Shown here: positions 9,641 to 18,554 of the stretch, piece after piece
How the letters are laid out: every line of letters starts with the position of its first letter
Position numbering within the stretch: position 1 is the first letter of the stretch
Source of the DNA: an uncultured Candidatus Saccharibacteria bacterium
GTDB taxonomy: Bacteria; Patescibacteriota; Minisyncoccia; Phycocordibacterales; CSBR16-119
Direction of reading: 5' to 3'
Assembly: GCA_964490365.1 (NCBI GenBank)
Contig: CAZBAG010000001.1
Location: 129,512 to 193,511 of the forward strand
Length of the DNA: 64,000 nucleotides
Notes under the pieces: model-generated
Databases searched by the model: none
The model's input: the letters and a program-made list of their open reading frames with translations, nothing else
Told to the model about the DNA's origin: nothing
Translations under genes and position numbers: made by a program

Positions 9641-10309
9641 TTAGGCGGGCACCTCTTCGGTGAAGAACTGTTGCGCCTTGAGCGTCTCGAGCGACTGCTC
9701 GTAGGTCGAGCGCGAGCTCTGCACCAAGTTCTGCGTCCAGCGTGCGATCGCCTTCATGGTCGTGTAGAAGTAGCGCTTTGCGAGGGCTTCGTACATCTCT
9801 TCGGTGATCTCACCGTTCTTCTCGATGTAGTCGTTCACCTCCTTGAGCTTCTTCGCACTCGTGTACACGATCTTGCCGGCGTTGGCTGCCGTGGTCGCCG
9901 CAGCGATGCTGTTGTAGTGGAGTGCGTTCTGAACCTCGCTGAAAGGTTCACCTTCGCTCACCACACCAGCGGTCTCGGCGATCTCAACCACCACGATGTT
10001 GAAGGGGATCTTCTGATCCTTTCCTTTTGTCACATCGAAGCTTGTGATACGTGCCATCATCCCCAACGGGAATCCGCTCTTGGGATACCCCTGGTGCATG
10101 ACCACCCCATCCTCGGTCTTCGTGAAATCCTGGTTCTTCACGCCAGCATTCGCGAGCAGGTTATACACCTTCGGTGATGCCTCGATCTTACCGCCGAGCT
10201 TGCTCAAGCGGTTGAGTTCGTGCACCATCTCAGGGCTCACTGCCGTACCCATGACCAGGGCTTGGATGCTTCCTTTGGTCGTCTTGCTCATGTGCTTTAC
10301 CGTCACCAT
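9641..10309 (-). CDS. Hypothetical protein, GC-rich codons (cassette-type orphan)
   Basis: Start probably 10309 or 10291; TTGACA at 10381-10386 (-); hairpin terminator 9571-9600. Confidence 0.75.
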   Translation of the reverse strand: MVTVKHMSKTTKGSIQALVMGTAVSPEMVHELNRLSKLGGKIEASPKVYNLLANAGVKNQDFTKTEDGVVMHQGYPKSGFPLGMMARITSFDVTKGKDQKIPFNIVVVEIAETAGVVSEGEPFSEVQNALHYNSIAAATTAANAGKIVYTSAKKLKEVNDYIEKNGEITEEMYEALAKRYFYTTMKAIARWTQNLVQSSRSTYEQSLETLKAQQFFTEEVPA

Positions 10310-10437
10310 CCTGTATATTGGGTTTTTGATGTGAACCTGCATTGGCTCACAAAGGAGTATATTAACCAAATAGAAAATATTGTCAAGGGCTCAAAAGGTG
10401 GATAACAAAAACCCCTTTTTGAGGGGTTTTTGAGTCT

Positions 10438-11175
10438 CTATTTTTTAAACATTACTGAGCCTGAATCGTATGGAAGCAAGAGTACAAGATTTCCAGAGGT
10501 GTCGAAGAAAACTTGATTTGATTGTGACACAAAATTACTAAATTCTGTCTCTTGTGACCCTTCACAGAACATGAGCGTACTCATAAACGGCCCAAACGTA
10601 ATCATGTTATCGCTATCCACTTTATAGGTTCCAGAAAAATCATTACAGTCAGTATCACCAGAAACATTTCCATCTTTTGTAAATGTCAGTGAATATGCTC
10701 CAGCTTTTTTAGGAGTTACAACAGTATCATCGTTCATAACTGTCTTATCCCAAATCCATTTAGTGCCAACAAGTTCACCTTTTTTACTTGATTCACCCTT
10801 CGGCGCTTCTTCTGTTCAGTTAATAGTTGAGTCTTGAAGTGTTCCGCTGAAAATAACTGTTCCGTTTTGAGAAAGTACAGCAATTTGTCCAACATCTACA
10901 AATGTGATAGATCCATCTTCATTTTTATATGTTACTCCAGATGCGGTTGGAACTCCTGTCAGAGTAAGATTTCCTAGTCCTGAAAATGAAATCTTTGCAG
11001 ATTCTATAGTTACCGTTGCCCGAAGTTCTTTTCCTGAACTATCCGTATACACTTTTGCAGATTCTACAAACTCTTGATCTCCTTCATTATTATTCATACC
11101 TCTATCTTTTTTTGCAAGGAATACAATTGCCACAACAACTAGAATTCCTAATATAACCCATACTACATTTTTCAT
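10438..11175 (-). pseudogene. Membrane-anchored MliC-like plus META domain protein interrupted by one in-frame TGA (10816-10818)
   Basis: ORFs 10816-11175 and 10438-10737 share a frame; the linker reads TEEAPKGESSKKGELVGTKWIWDKTV into META motifs DCNDFSGTY and MSTLMFCE. Confidence 0.7.
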
Positions 11176-11209
11176 ACAATAACTTTTAACTATTATTAAT
11201 AATTACTTT

Positions 11210-11659
11210 TTAAATATTGTCTCCTGAGACCATCGGCTCTACTAGAAATGTTACCACATAATCTTTTGGTGCAATAATTTTTGTTGAAAGTGCTGGTGGA
11301 TTTGTGTTTACAATAGAAATCTTGTACTCAGCAAATTCAAGAGGAATTTCGTCCGATGGTTTGTTCAGTGTACGTTCTTCTTCCGGCGCAACAAGGGTAA
11401 TGTTCGCAACAACGGCGCCGGCTTGGATACACTGCACATCAATTGGACACCTGTAGTCGGCAATAAATTCATTAAAGGTGAGTGAAAGATTTGAAAACCT
11501 GGCCGTTTCGCCAACAGCAAGAGAAATTTCTCCTGGTGCCATCACGCGCGAATTTTCGATGGTATCTTGAGGAACATCTTTCTTTTTATCAACATATAAG
11601 AAAATACTGATCCCCAAGAGTGCAATAATTACAATAATTTTTTTCATACCATCTATCAT
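11210..11659 (-). CDS. Membrane-anchored hypothetical protein
   Basis: N-terminal TM; CPIDVQCIQAG motif. Confidence 0.75.
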   Translation of the reverse strand: MIDGMKKIIVIIALLGISIFLYVDKKKDVPQDTIENSRVMAPGEISLAVGETARFSNLSLTFNEFIADYRCPIDVQCIQAGAVVANITLVAPEEERTLNKPSDEIPLEFAEYKISIVNTNPPALSTKIIAPKDYVVTFLVEPMVSGDNI

Positions 11660-11699
11660 ATAAAATCTAGCTGTTACATACAGACTGTTATGTGGAAAA

Positions 11700-12191
11700 T
11701 TATTTGTCTAAATATGTAGTGAAGTAAATAGCGTGACACGTATATCCTCCAGGATTTTTTTGTAAGTAGTTTTGATGATAGCTTTCTGCTGGCCAAAATG
11801 TTTTGAATTCTTCAAGTGTAGTCACCGCTGGATCTTTCCACTTACCAGAATTATTCACAGTCTTAATAAAATCTTCTGCTATCTTTTTTTCTTCTTCATT
11901 TTGAAAAAAGATAGCAGAACGATACGAGGTTCCCTTATCGTTTCCCTGCTGATTGAGCGTTGTTGGGTTATGAATACAGAAGAAGAAGTCTAGTATACGT
12001 TTATACGAAATTATATTTGGATCGTACACAACCTCAAGAGCTTCTGCGTGTCCTGGGTGGTTTTCGTAGGTTGGATGTTCGTTACTACCACCTGTATACC
12101 CTGTTTCGGTTGATAGAACGCCAGGCAAACCTCGGAAGAGTTCTTCCATACCCCAGAAACAACCTCCTGCAAGATATGCTTTGTGTGTCAT
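11700..12191 (-). CDS. msrA: Peptide methionine sulfoxide reductase A
   Basis: AGGCFWG, GYTGG, YRSAIF, AESYHQNY. Confidence 0.96.
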   Translation of the reverse strand: MTHKAYLAGGCFWGMEELFRGLPGVLSTETGYTGGSNEHPTYENHPGHAEALEVVYDPNIISYKRILDFFFCIHNPTTLNQQGNDKGTSYRSAIFFQNEEEKKIAEDFIKTVNNSGKWKDPAVTTLEEFKTFWPAESYHQNYLQKNPGGYTCHAIYFTTYLDK

Positions 12192-12192
12192 A

Positions 12193-12702
12193 TTATTTAC
12201 ACGTCGCTGATAGATAGATTATTTCAGTAGCTTCTTTCGTTTTGTCTGGAACGAGCATATCGTCTTTATCAACAAGCGGATAGCGCAATTTAATCAAGTT
12301 CCCATCTTTTTGCATGTATTCTTCTTGTTCTTTTTGACTAGAACCTTCTACGGTGTAACTAAACACAACAGTTATCTTACCTTCGTCGACGTTACCCGAA
12401 AAGGTTCCTTCATATCCATTTGTCATATCCGGACCAGCCTGAGTTCCCTGTTTTGTTCCAAATACTGTACTGTTTTCAATCTTTAGCTCGATATATTCTT
12501 CTACTGAATACGGCGCATCTTCTGTTACTGATTGGGTACGAGCAAAACACAGCGCATTAGAAGCGGGAACTTTCGGCGTTACAACAGATTCTTCTTCCGA
12601 AATTTCTCCAGGAACAACTATAGGTTTTGTATCTAAAATAAACCAAAATACTGCTGAATACGCAGCGAGAGCAAGTATAAGAATGATAATTATTTTTTTC
12701 AT
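12193..12702 (-). CDS. Membrane-anchored hypothetical protein
   Basis: N-terminal TM; resembles the N-terminal domain of 12814-13557 (LCF...GTF.G). Confidence 0.75.
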   Translation of the reverse strand: MKKIIIILILALAAYSAVFWFILDTKPIVVPGEISEEESVVTPKVPASNALCFARTQSVTEDAPYSVEEYIELKIENSTVFGTKQGTQAGPDMTNGYEGTFSGNVDEGKITVVFSYTVEGSSQKEQEEYMQKDGNLIKLRYPLVDKDDMLVPDKTKEATEIIYLSATCK

Positions 12703-12789
12703 ATTTCCTAGCGAGGAGTATCGACAAGCTTGCTTGTATGATCTCCGAACGACGGAAATATACGAGACGAGCGAAGCGAGTGCTCTTAT
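12701..12789. repeat. Structured dispersed repeat, copy 1
   Basis: Aligns end to end with 34871-34958; internal hairpin. Confidence 0.8.
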
Positions 12790-12813
12790 ATTAATATAAA
12801 CCTGTTTATTATA

Positions 12814-13557
12814 TTAATCTATTTTTTGAATATTTGTTAGAGCGACATCATTTCCATTTCGTGTGTATGAAAAGCTTGCTTCGCCAGCAATATGTCCGTC
12901 TTCATACTTCATAGTTCCTGTTTTTGTAGCAGGGTCAATACGTATTGCAAAGGCATAAAAAGTTCCACCAAGCACGGGCTCTTCTGGCACCAGAGAAGTA
13001 ATGTTCGCTCGTATGTATTCTGGTACTAATTTTCTGTCGTCGATATCAGAACATACAACGTCGCTAAGTTGTTGCCAGTAAGTCATATTTTCTTTATCAG
13101 AATATACGTACACACCATCACCACGATCAACAAGTGTTCCGTAGCCGACCGAGGCTGTGCCTTCGCCAAACATAATGCGAAGTTCTTGTTTTGTTATCAT
13201 TCCTTCTGACATTGCATCCCACCAGACATCAGCTATTCTTACCATCATCTCCGGAATAACAGGAGTTACTGTGCCTTCAAACGTACCAACATTCCGATCT
13301 TTTTGTGCTGGTATATTATAAAATTCTCCGGTTACCACGCCGCCTTGCAAATTCATTCGAAGCCACGCTGCGTCAACATAGTTAGAGTCCATTGTTGGGG
13401 TTTCTGTGTAGAAACAAAGTTCAACTATTTTTGGCGTTGGAATTGGATTTACTTCAGTGAATTCTCGTTCAGGAGGAGCAGTTTTTTCTTGAACACCTGA
13501 AAAAACCAGAGTGGCAATTCCAGCAACAAGTATCATAAGTAAAATGTTTTTGAACAT
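12814..13557 (-). CDS. Membrane-anchored hypothetical protein
   Basis: 247 aa with N-terminal TM. Confidence 0.75.
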   Translation of the reverse strand: MFKNILLMILVAGIATLVFSGVQEKTAPPEREFTEVNPIPTPKIVELCFYTETPTMDSNYVDAAWLRMNLQGGVVTGEFYNIPAQKDRNVGTFEGTVTPVIPEMMVRIADVWWDAMSEGMITKQELRIMFGEGTASVGYGTLVDRGDGVYVYSDKENMTYWQQLSDVVCSDIDDRKLVPEYIRANITSLVPEEPVLGGTFYAFAIRIDPATKTGTMKYEDGHIAGEASFSYTRNGNDVALTNIQKID

Positions 13558-13634
13558 AGGAATATTTTACCATACATAACTTTAGCAATACATAAAATAA
13601 AAAGTCCGCCGGCAAAACCGGCGGACTGAAATTG

Positions 13635-14330
13635 TTATTCAAGACCCAAACTTTCCTTTTTTCTCACACCACGCTTGTAGGACTTGCGGATATCTCGCTC
13701 ACGGAGTTTGCGTCCTTTACGTACTCGTACTACTTTTTCATAGTACCATATGTACTTCACCCACTTTTCATGGAAATCACGAAGCTCTTTGGTTGGCAAC
13801 ATTAATCTATTTATGAACACTTGAAGATCTCCCTTGCGTTTACCCTTCCACATATATGGATGAAGAGGAACATCTCCTGCACAAGACTCAAGTTCTGTTA
13901 GTAAGGTTACATTGGATTTGTCATGCGGACGCTTTTCAAGAGCAATTGAAAGCATTTCCATCATCCAAAGTGCTCTTTGTAGGAACTTCCCTGTGCGAGT
14001 AGTTTTCCAAGGAATTATTACTTCCTCCTTACCCTTCTTACTGAGGGTTGTGATGAGTACCCACAACTTGCCGGCTTTGGTAAACTTGTGCTCTTTAGGA
14101 TCATAGCTCGTTATCACTCGTATTGTCAGGTTGTCTACCTGTTTTTGCACGATAACTTGTCCAGCAACCTCCCGAATGCGAGGACTATCAGGCGGGACGA
14201 TACCCTGCATTACCTGATTACGAGCTTCACGCTCTGGAGAGATGGGTGCAAAACCCAGTTTCCCAGCTTTTGCGAGAAATGACTCGAACTTTTGTCGAGC
14301 ATAACGAAGAGAAATAAACTTCTTTTTCAT
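13635..14330 (-). CDS. Basic hypothetical protein (cassette-type orphan)
   Basis: 231 aa; leader aacgaacgaaacaaacgtacaaagcaATG; TTGACA 14380-14385 (-); terminator 13599-13628. Confidence 0.75.
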   Translation of the reverse strand: MKKKFISLRYARQKFESFLAKAGKLGFAPISPEREARNQVMQGIVPPDSPRIREVAGQVIVQKQVDNLTIRVITSYDPKEHKFTKAGKLWVLITTLSKKGKEEVIIPWKTTRTGKFLQRALWMMEMLSIALEKRPHDKSNVTLLTELESCAGDVPLHPYMWKGKRKGDLQVFINRLMLPTKELRDFHEKWVKYIWYYEKVVRVRKGRKLRERDIRKSYKRGVRKKESLGLE

Positions 14331-14426
14331 TGCTTTGTACGTTTGTTTCGTTCGTTATGTTGCCAGAGATTTTAGAAAATGTCAAAAGAAAAGACCTACC
14401 ACTCTTGAAGTGATAGGTCTTGAGAC

Positions 14427-15299
14427 TCAAAGCCTTTCAACAAGATCTGCGATCAATTTCGCAAAAGCTGGACCACCTTCTTTTGCTTTTAAAAGGTTAT
14501 CCTTGTGAGACAAACCATGGGCACCAGCAACATTCGAGACCTGAGACAAAACACAGATCTCTATCCCATTGCGATCCTTCTTTGCACCAGCATCTTTTCG
14601 CTCTTCTGCACCGGCCATGTGGTTTAGGGCGGTTACATCGGGAATAGTTGACATACCCACCGTGTTAGCGCCGAGCATTCGTAAAGCACGCACGTCCGCA
14701 CGGGTCTCAAACTCACGACCAGGACGCATTGCCAGTACAACCTCTTGAATACGAGGATCAATCTGTTTAACGAGATCAATCATTCTGCGAGAATAGGGTT
14801 GGCTCATATCTACATGAAGACTGCTGCCCACCCCACCAATCCTCTCGAGAATATCAGCATTCCCCATCAACGGATATGAGTCGGAGAAAAGAGAAAGATG
14901 ATCCTCTACAACAACAATTGAACCAACGGGAAACTTTTCATCAAGAGATCCCACAAGGTTAGTGCTAATAAACTGAGAGCACCCCCACCACGCAAGAGTT
15001 CGAGATGTTGTCACGGTTTTGTGAATATCACCATGCTCGTTGAGGTGAGTTCTGCCGGGAAACCAAATTGCTGATTTTCCAGCAAGCTCTCCGTAAATAA
15101 CATGGTGAAAGTGACCATCTACTGTTGGCAAAGGAAAATGATCTTCTAGTTCAACCTCTTTCACATGTGTAAACTGATCTCTTAGGTCATGAGGTCCCGA
15201 AGATCCGGTAATAATTGCAAGTTCTGGTGCCTTGCCGAACTTATTAGCAAGCCACTTTGCACCTCCAGTAATATTGTTAAAATGCTCCAGTGTAAGCAT
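14427..15299 (-). CDS. Purine nucleoside phosphorylase family 2 (PNP/MTAP-like), divergent
   Basis: IITGS, FP.PTVDGH, GRTH..E, GREFETRAD, GANTVGMSTIPD; terminator 14389-14421. Confidence 0.85.
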   Translation of the reverse strand: MLTLEHFNNITGGAKWLANKFGKAPELAIITGSSGPHDLRDQFTHVKEVELEDHFPLPTVDGHFHHVIYGELAGKSAIWFPGRTHLNEHGDIHKTVTTSRTLAWWGCSQFISTNLVGSLDEKFPVGSIVVVEDHLSLFSDSYPLMGNADILERIGGVGSSLHVDMSQPYSRRMIDLVKQIDPRIQEVVLAMRPGREFETRADVRALRMLGANTVGMSTIPDVTALNHMAGAEERKDAGAKKDRNGIEICVLSQVSNVAGAHGLSHKDNLLKAKEGGPAFAKLIADLVERL

Positions 15300-15406
15300 G
15301 GGAACAGGTTTTAGTGTTTAAAGTACGCCGACTTCAAATACTATAGTATTCTTTTAATTTTTACAATCAAAACAAAATACTCGCGATGGCGAGTATTTTG
15401 TTTAAA

Positions 15407-15781
15407 CTATTTAAGTTTGATATAAAATCCTTCACTTCCATAGAGTGTGTATGTACCATCTCCAGAATCTTTTGCATACACCTCAACTTCTTTTCCAATA
15501 TGATTTTCTAAGTCACCAAAACCTTCTACTCCCTGCACACTTCCCACAGTTTCCTGACTCCATCCCATAATAGCGGTTACATGTTTGCCATCAACCACCA
15601 CGTAACATTCCCCGTCAGCAAAACATCCTGTGTTCACCTCTTCAAGTGGTCCAGAAAAATTAGCGACTTTTAATTTACCTTCAGATATTTGTGGCTCATT
15701 CACTGATGTATTTCCATGCATCTGCATATATACAACTACTCCAGCGACAATCAAAAGTATAACGATAATAAGTTTTTTCAT
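15407..15781 (-). CDS. Membrane-anchored hypothetical protein
   Basis: N-terminal TM, GCFADGECY motif; terminator 15371-15402. Confidence 0.75.
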   Translation of the reverse strand: MKKLIIVILLIVAGVVVYMQMHGNTSVNEPQISEGKLKVANFSGPLEEVNTGCFADGECYVVVDGKHVTAIMGWSQETVGSVQGVEGFGDLENHIGKEVEVYAKDSGDGTYTLYGSEGFYIKLK

Positions 15782-15942
15782 GAATTTGGTTAATGTGAAA
15801 TTAGTAATGCAACTAGTATATCACTAAATAGCGCTTGCCACTTAAAATAAGGTAGTGTTTGAAATAATTACATTTTTATGTAAAATCCTTGAGAAATCAG
15901 GAAATAAGCCTGATAAGCTCTTTAGCACAAAACAAACCGAAG

Positions 15943-17262
15943 ATGGAGCTCATACCCCTCATCATCCCGACAATTTTTATCCTTGGGTACCTTTGTATAG
16001 CAATAGAGCATAGACTCTCTATCAACAAAGCTGCCCCGGCGGTACTGACTGGTTTTTTGATCTGGACATTTTTATCCACACAACAAGGAGACACGGCAGT
16101 TCATGAGTTTGGACACCATGTTGGCGAGATCGCTGAAATACTCTTCTTTTTGCTCGGTGCAATGATGGTCGTTGAGATGATTGATTCCCATCAAGGGTTT
16201 GAAATTATCACCAATACCATCAGGCTCACAAACAGAGTTTCTCTGTATTGGGTCATTGGGTGGCTGACGTTCTTTCTGTCAGCAGCCCTCGACAACATGA
16301 CAACAGCAATTGTCATGTCGGCTCTACTACGGAAACTGATCGAAGATAAACGAGAGACTTGGGTTTTTGCTGGTATTGTCATCATTGCCGCAAACGCCGG
16401 TGGTGCCTGGTCGCCCATTGGTGATATCACAACGATCATGCTTTGGATGGGAGGACAAGTAAGTAGTGGAAATATCATTGCCGGACTTTTCATTCCAAGT
16501 GTGGCATCGCTCATAATTCCTCTTATTTGGTTTAGCGTGCGGAATCGTGGACACCTTGTTTTGAAATCAGAAGCAACAAATCCTGCTCACAACGGTGAGA
16601 CAAGTGAAGGTGGCACACAAGCCAATCTACGAGAATGGGAAAAGCGACTTATCCTCATCGTAGGACTTCTGTCGCTACTTCTGGTGCCCGTGTTTAAGAA
16701 CTACACACACCTACCTCCATTCATGGGGATCATGGGTGGACTTGGTCTCATGTGGGTAATCACAGAGATCTTCCACCATCGCCACCCAGATCACGAAGAG
16801 CGAGAGAGGCGAAAACACATCACAGCTGCATCCATCTTGAAAAAGATAGATCATGCTAGTATTTTGTTCTTTCTTGGTATCCTCGTTGCTGTTGCAGGAT
16901 TACAAACAGGAGGATATCTCAAGGGTGCAGCGCATTTCCTCGACGAACGTGTTGGAAATGTGTACATCATCAATACCATGATCGGACTCTTGTCTGCGAT
17001 TGTGGACAATGTTCCACTCGTCGCCGCTGCCATGGGTATGTATCCACTAGATATGTATCCACAAGATCATATCTTTTGGGAACTCCTTGCTTTGTGCGCT
17101 GGTACCGGTGGAAGCATTTTGATCATTGGCTCTGCAGCAGGAGTTGCAGTGATGGGGATCTTGAACATCAATTTTTCCTGGTATCTCAAGAACATTGCCC
17201 TGCCTGCACTTCTTGGATACTTGGCATCGATCGGAACATTCTGGCTACAGCAAAACATGTAG
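15943..17262 (+). CDS. nhaD: NhaD-type Na+/H+ antiporter
   Basis: FFLSAALDNMTT, AANAGGAWSPIGDITT, SAIVDNVPL, GGSILIIGSAAGV; start at acaaaacaaaccgaagATG; terminator 17282-17314. Confidence 0.92.
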   Translation: MELIPLIIPTIFILGYLCIAIEHRLSINKAAPAVLTGFLIWTFLSTQQGDTAVHEFGHHVGEIAEILFFLLGAMMVVEMIDSHQGFEIITNTIRLTNRVSLYWVIGWLTFFLSAALDNMTTAIVMSALLRKLIEDKRETWVFAGIVIIAANAGGAWSPIGDITTIMLWMGGQVSSGNIIAGLFIPSVASLIIPLIWFSVRNRGHLVLKSEATNPAHNGETSEGGTQANLREWEKRLILIVGLLSLLLVPVFKNYTHLPPFMGIMGGLGLMWVITEIFHHRHPDHEERERRKHITAASILKKIDHASILFFLGILVAVAGLQTGGYLKGAAHFLDERVGNVYIINTMIGLLSAIVDNVPLVAAAMGMYPLDMYPQDHIFWELLALCAGTGGSILIIGSAAGVAVMGILNINFSWYLKNIALPALLGYLASIGTFWLQQNM

Positions 17263-17331
17263 CCTTAGAACAAACTCAAATAAAAAGCACCAACCTCAGG
17301 GTCGGTGCTTTTTTATTGTCTTTTTTAATAT

Positions 17332-17733
17332 TTACTCACTTGTTACTCCATCAAAATCCTCTTCGTGTCTCATTGCATCTTCTTTTGTTTCTCTGACAAT
17401 ACCATCTTTATGATGCGGCACAGCGTAAATAGTATAGAACTGTAGATTTTTTGTATTACTCATGTTGAGCACATTATGTTCAGAACCAGCCGGAACAATA
17501 ATCACGTCTCCGTCTGTCACTTCATATGATGTTCCGTCGATAAACACTCTACCCTCCCCACCTTCGAAGCGGAAAAATTGATCATTATCAGGATGCACTT
17601 CCACGCCAATATCTTCTCCTGGTTTTAACGACATCAGCACTAATTGCATGTGTTTTGCTGTGTACAGCACTTTTCTAAAATTTTTATTTTCAAGTGTTGA
17701 TGCCTCAACTGCATTATAGAATCCTCGTTTCAT
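17332..17733 (-). CDS. Cupin domain protein
   Basis: EVH..NDQFF.FEGG, VPAGSEHN. Confidence 0.9.
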   Translation of the reverse strand: MKRGFYNAVEASTLENKNFRKVLYTAKHMQLVLMSLKPGEDIGVEVHPDNDQFFRFEGGEGRVFIDGTSYEVTDGDVIIVPAGSEHNVLNMSNTKNLQFYTIYAVPHHKDGIVRETKEDAMRHEEDFDGVTSE

Positions 17734-17735
17734 AA

Positions 17736-18122
17736 TTATTTTTCTTTTAAGCTAATAATACTCACAATACCTTCCATCGTATATTCTTGCCACCACAGTG
17801 AACTCAACGCCTCTTTTGGTGTGAATGTTCCGTGAATTATATATATCGTATTGGTATCCACTTTTGACCAGTCAGATGTCTCAAGAAATTGTGCATCGAT
17901 TGAATAGTAGTAGCCTGCATCACTCACAAAACCCTGTCTACACTCTTTCTCTGTCACCTTATTAACGAGCGGCAAGCACACAAACTTTCCAGTCAACACC
18001 GTAGCATTTGGCAAGCTTTCAAATTCAGGTGGAACTGAAATTTGTCTTATCGAAATAAAATACCAGCCAGCAAAACCGACGAGCACAAGCACAATAACTG
18101 ATTGCCATAATTTCATGCACAT
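17736..18122 (-). CDS. Membrane-anchored hypothetical protein
   Basis: N-terminal TM; CLP...ECRQG motif. Confidence 0.7.
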   Translation of the reverse strand: MCMKLWQSVIVLVLVGFAGWYFISIRQISVPPEFESLPNATVLTGKFVCLPLVNKVTEKECRQGFVSDAGYYYSIDAQFLETSDWSKVDTNTIYIIHGTFTPKEALSSLWWQEYTMEGIVSIISLKEK

Positions 18123-18197
18123 AGTGTATCATGAAAAAATTTCAATGAGAAAACCCACACGCTTGGTGTGGGTTTTCGAGTATGTTACCCCGGACAG

Positions 18198-18473
18198 TTA
18201 TCGGAGGGTCTTCTCTATGAAGGCTTCCACTGCTTTCAGGTGACCGTTTTTGATCGCTTGCTTTGGTGAGCACCCAAAGACAATATGGGGTGCATTAAGC
18301 CATTTCTCGAGCCACTTTTCAGGTTTTTTATCACCACAATACTTTTTTGAAAAAGCAGTGGTCAACTCCCCCGTTAAGAAGTCCTCTGTGCGATGTGGGT
18401 TTTCTTCTCTTCCGCGAATAGGAGTAACGGCTGTTTCAGCTCCGACGGTCATAAGATTCAAGTCGAGGTCCAT
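18198..18473 (-). CDS. Solo Xre/MbcA/ParS (DUF2384-like) antitoxin-domain protein, cassette type
   Basis: C-terminal WLNAPHIVFGCSPKQAIKNGHLKAVEAFI; leader cctaaaaccaaacccATG; TTGACA 18533-18538 (-); terminator 18150-18177. Confidence 0.65.
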   Translation of the reverse strand: MDLDLNLMTVGAETAVTPIRGREENPHRTEDFLTGELTTAFSKKYCGDKKPEKWLEKWLNAPHIVFGCSPKQAIKNGHLKAVEAFIEKTLR

Positions 18474-18554
18474 GGGTTTGGTTTTAGGTGAAGTACGTTC
18501 TTCAACTATAAAATATCACAAAACTAAAGAAGTGTCAACTAATCCTTTCCTTTG

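Noticed and set aside
9602-10177. 191-aa + strand ORF
   Set aside because: Antisense shadow of the GC-rich - strand gene; promoter and terminator point to the - strand
10816-10818. Genome-wide UGA=Gly recoding (code 25)
   Set aside because: Core genes translate full-length under code 11 and several genes end at TGA, followed by terminators or the next start
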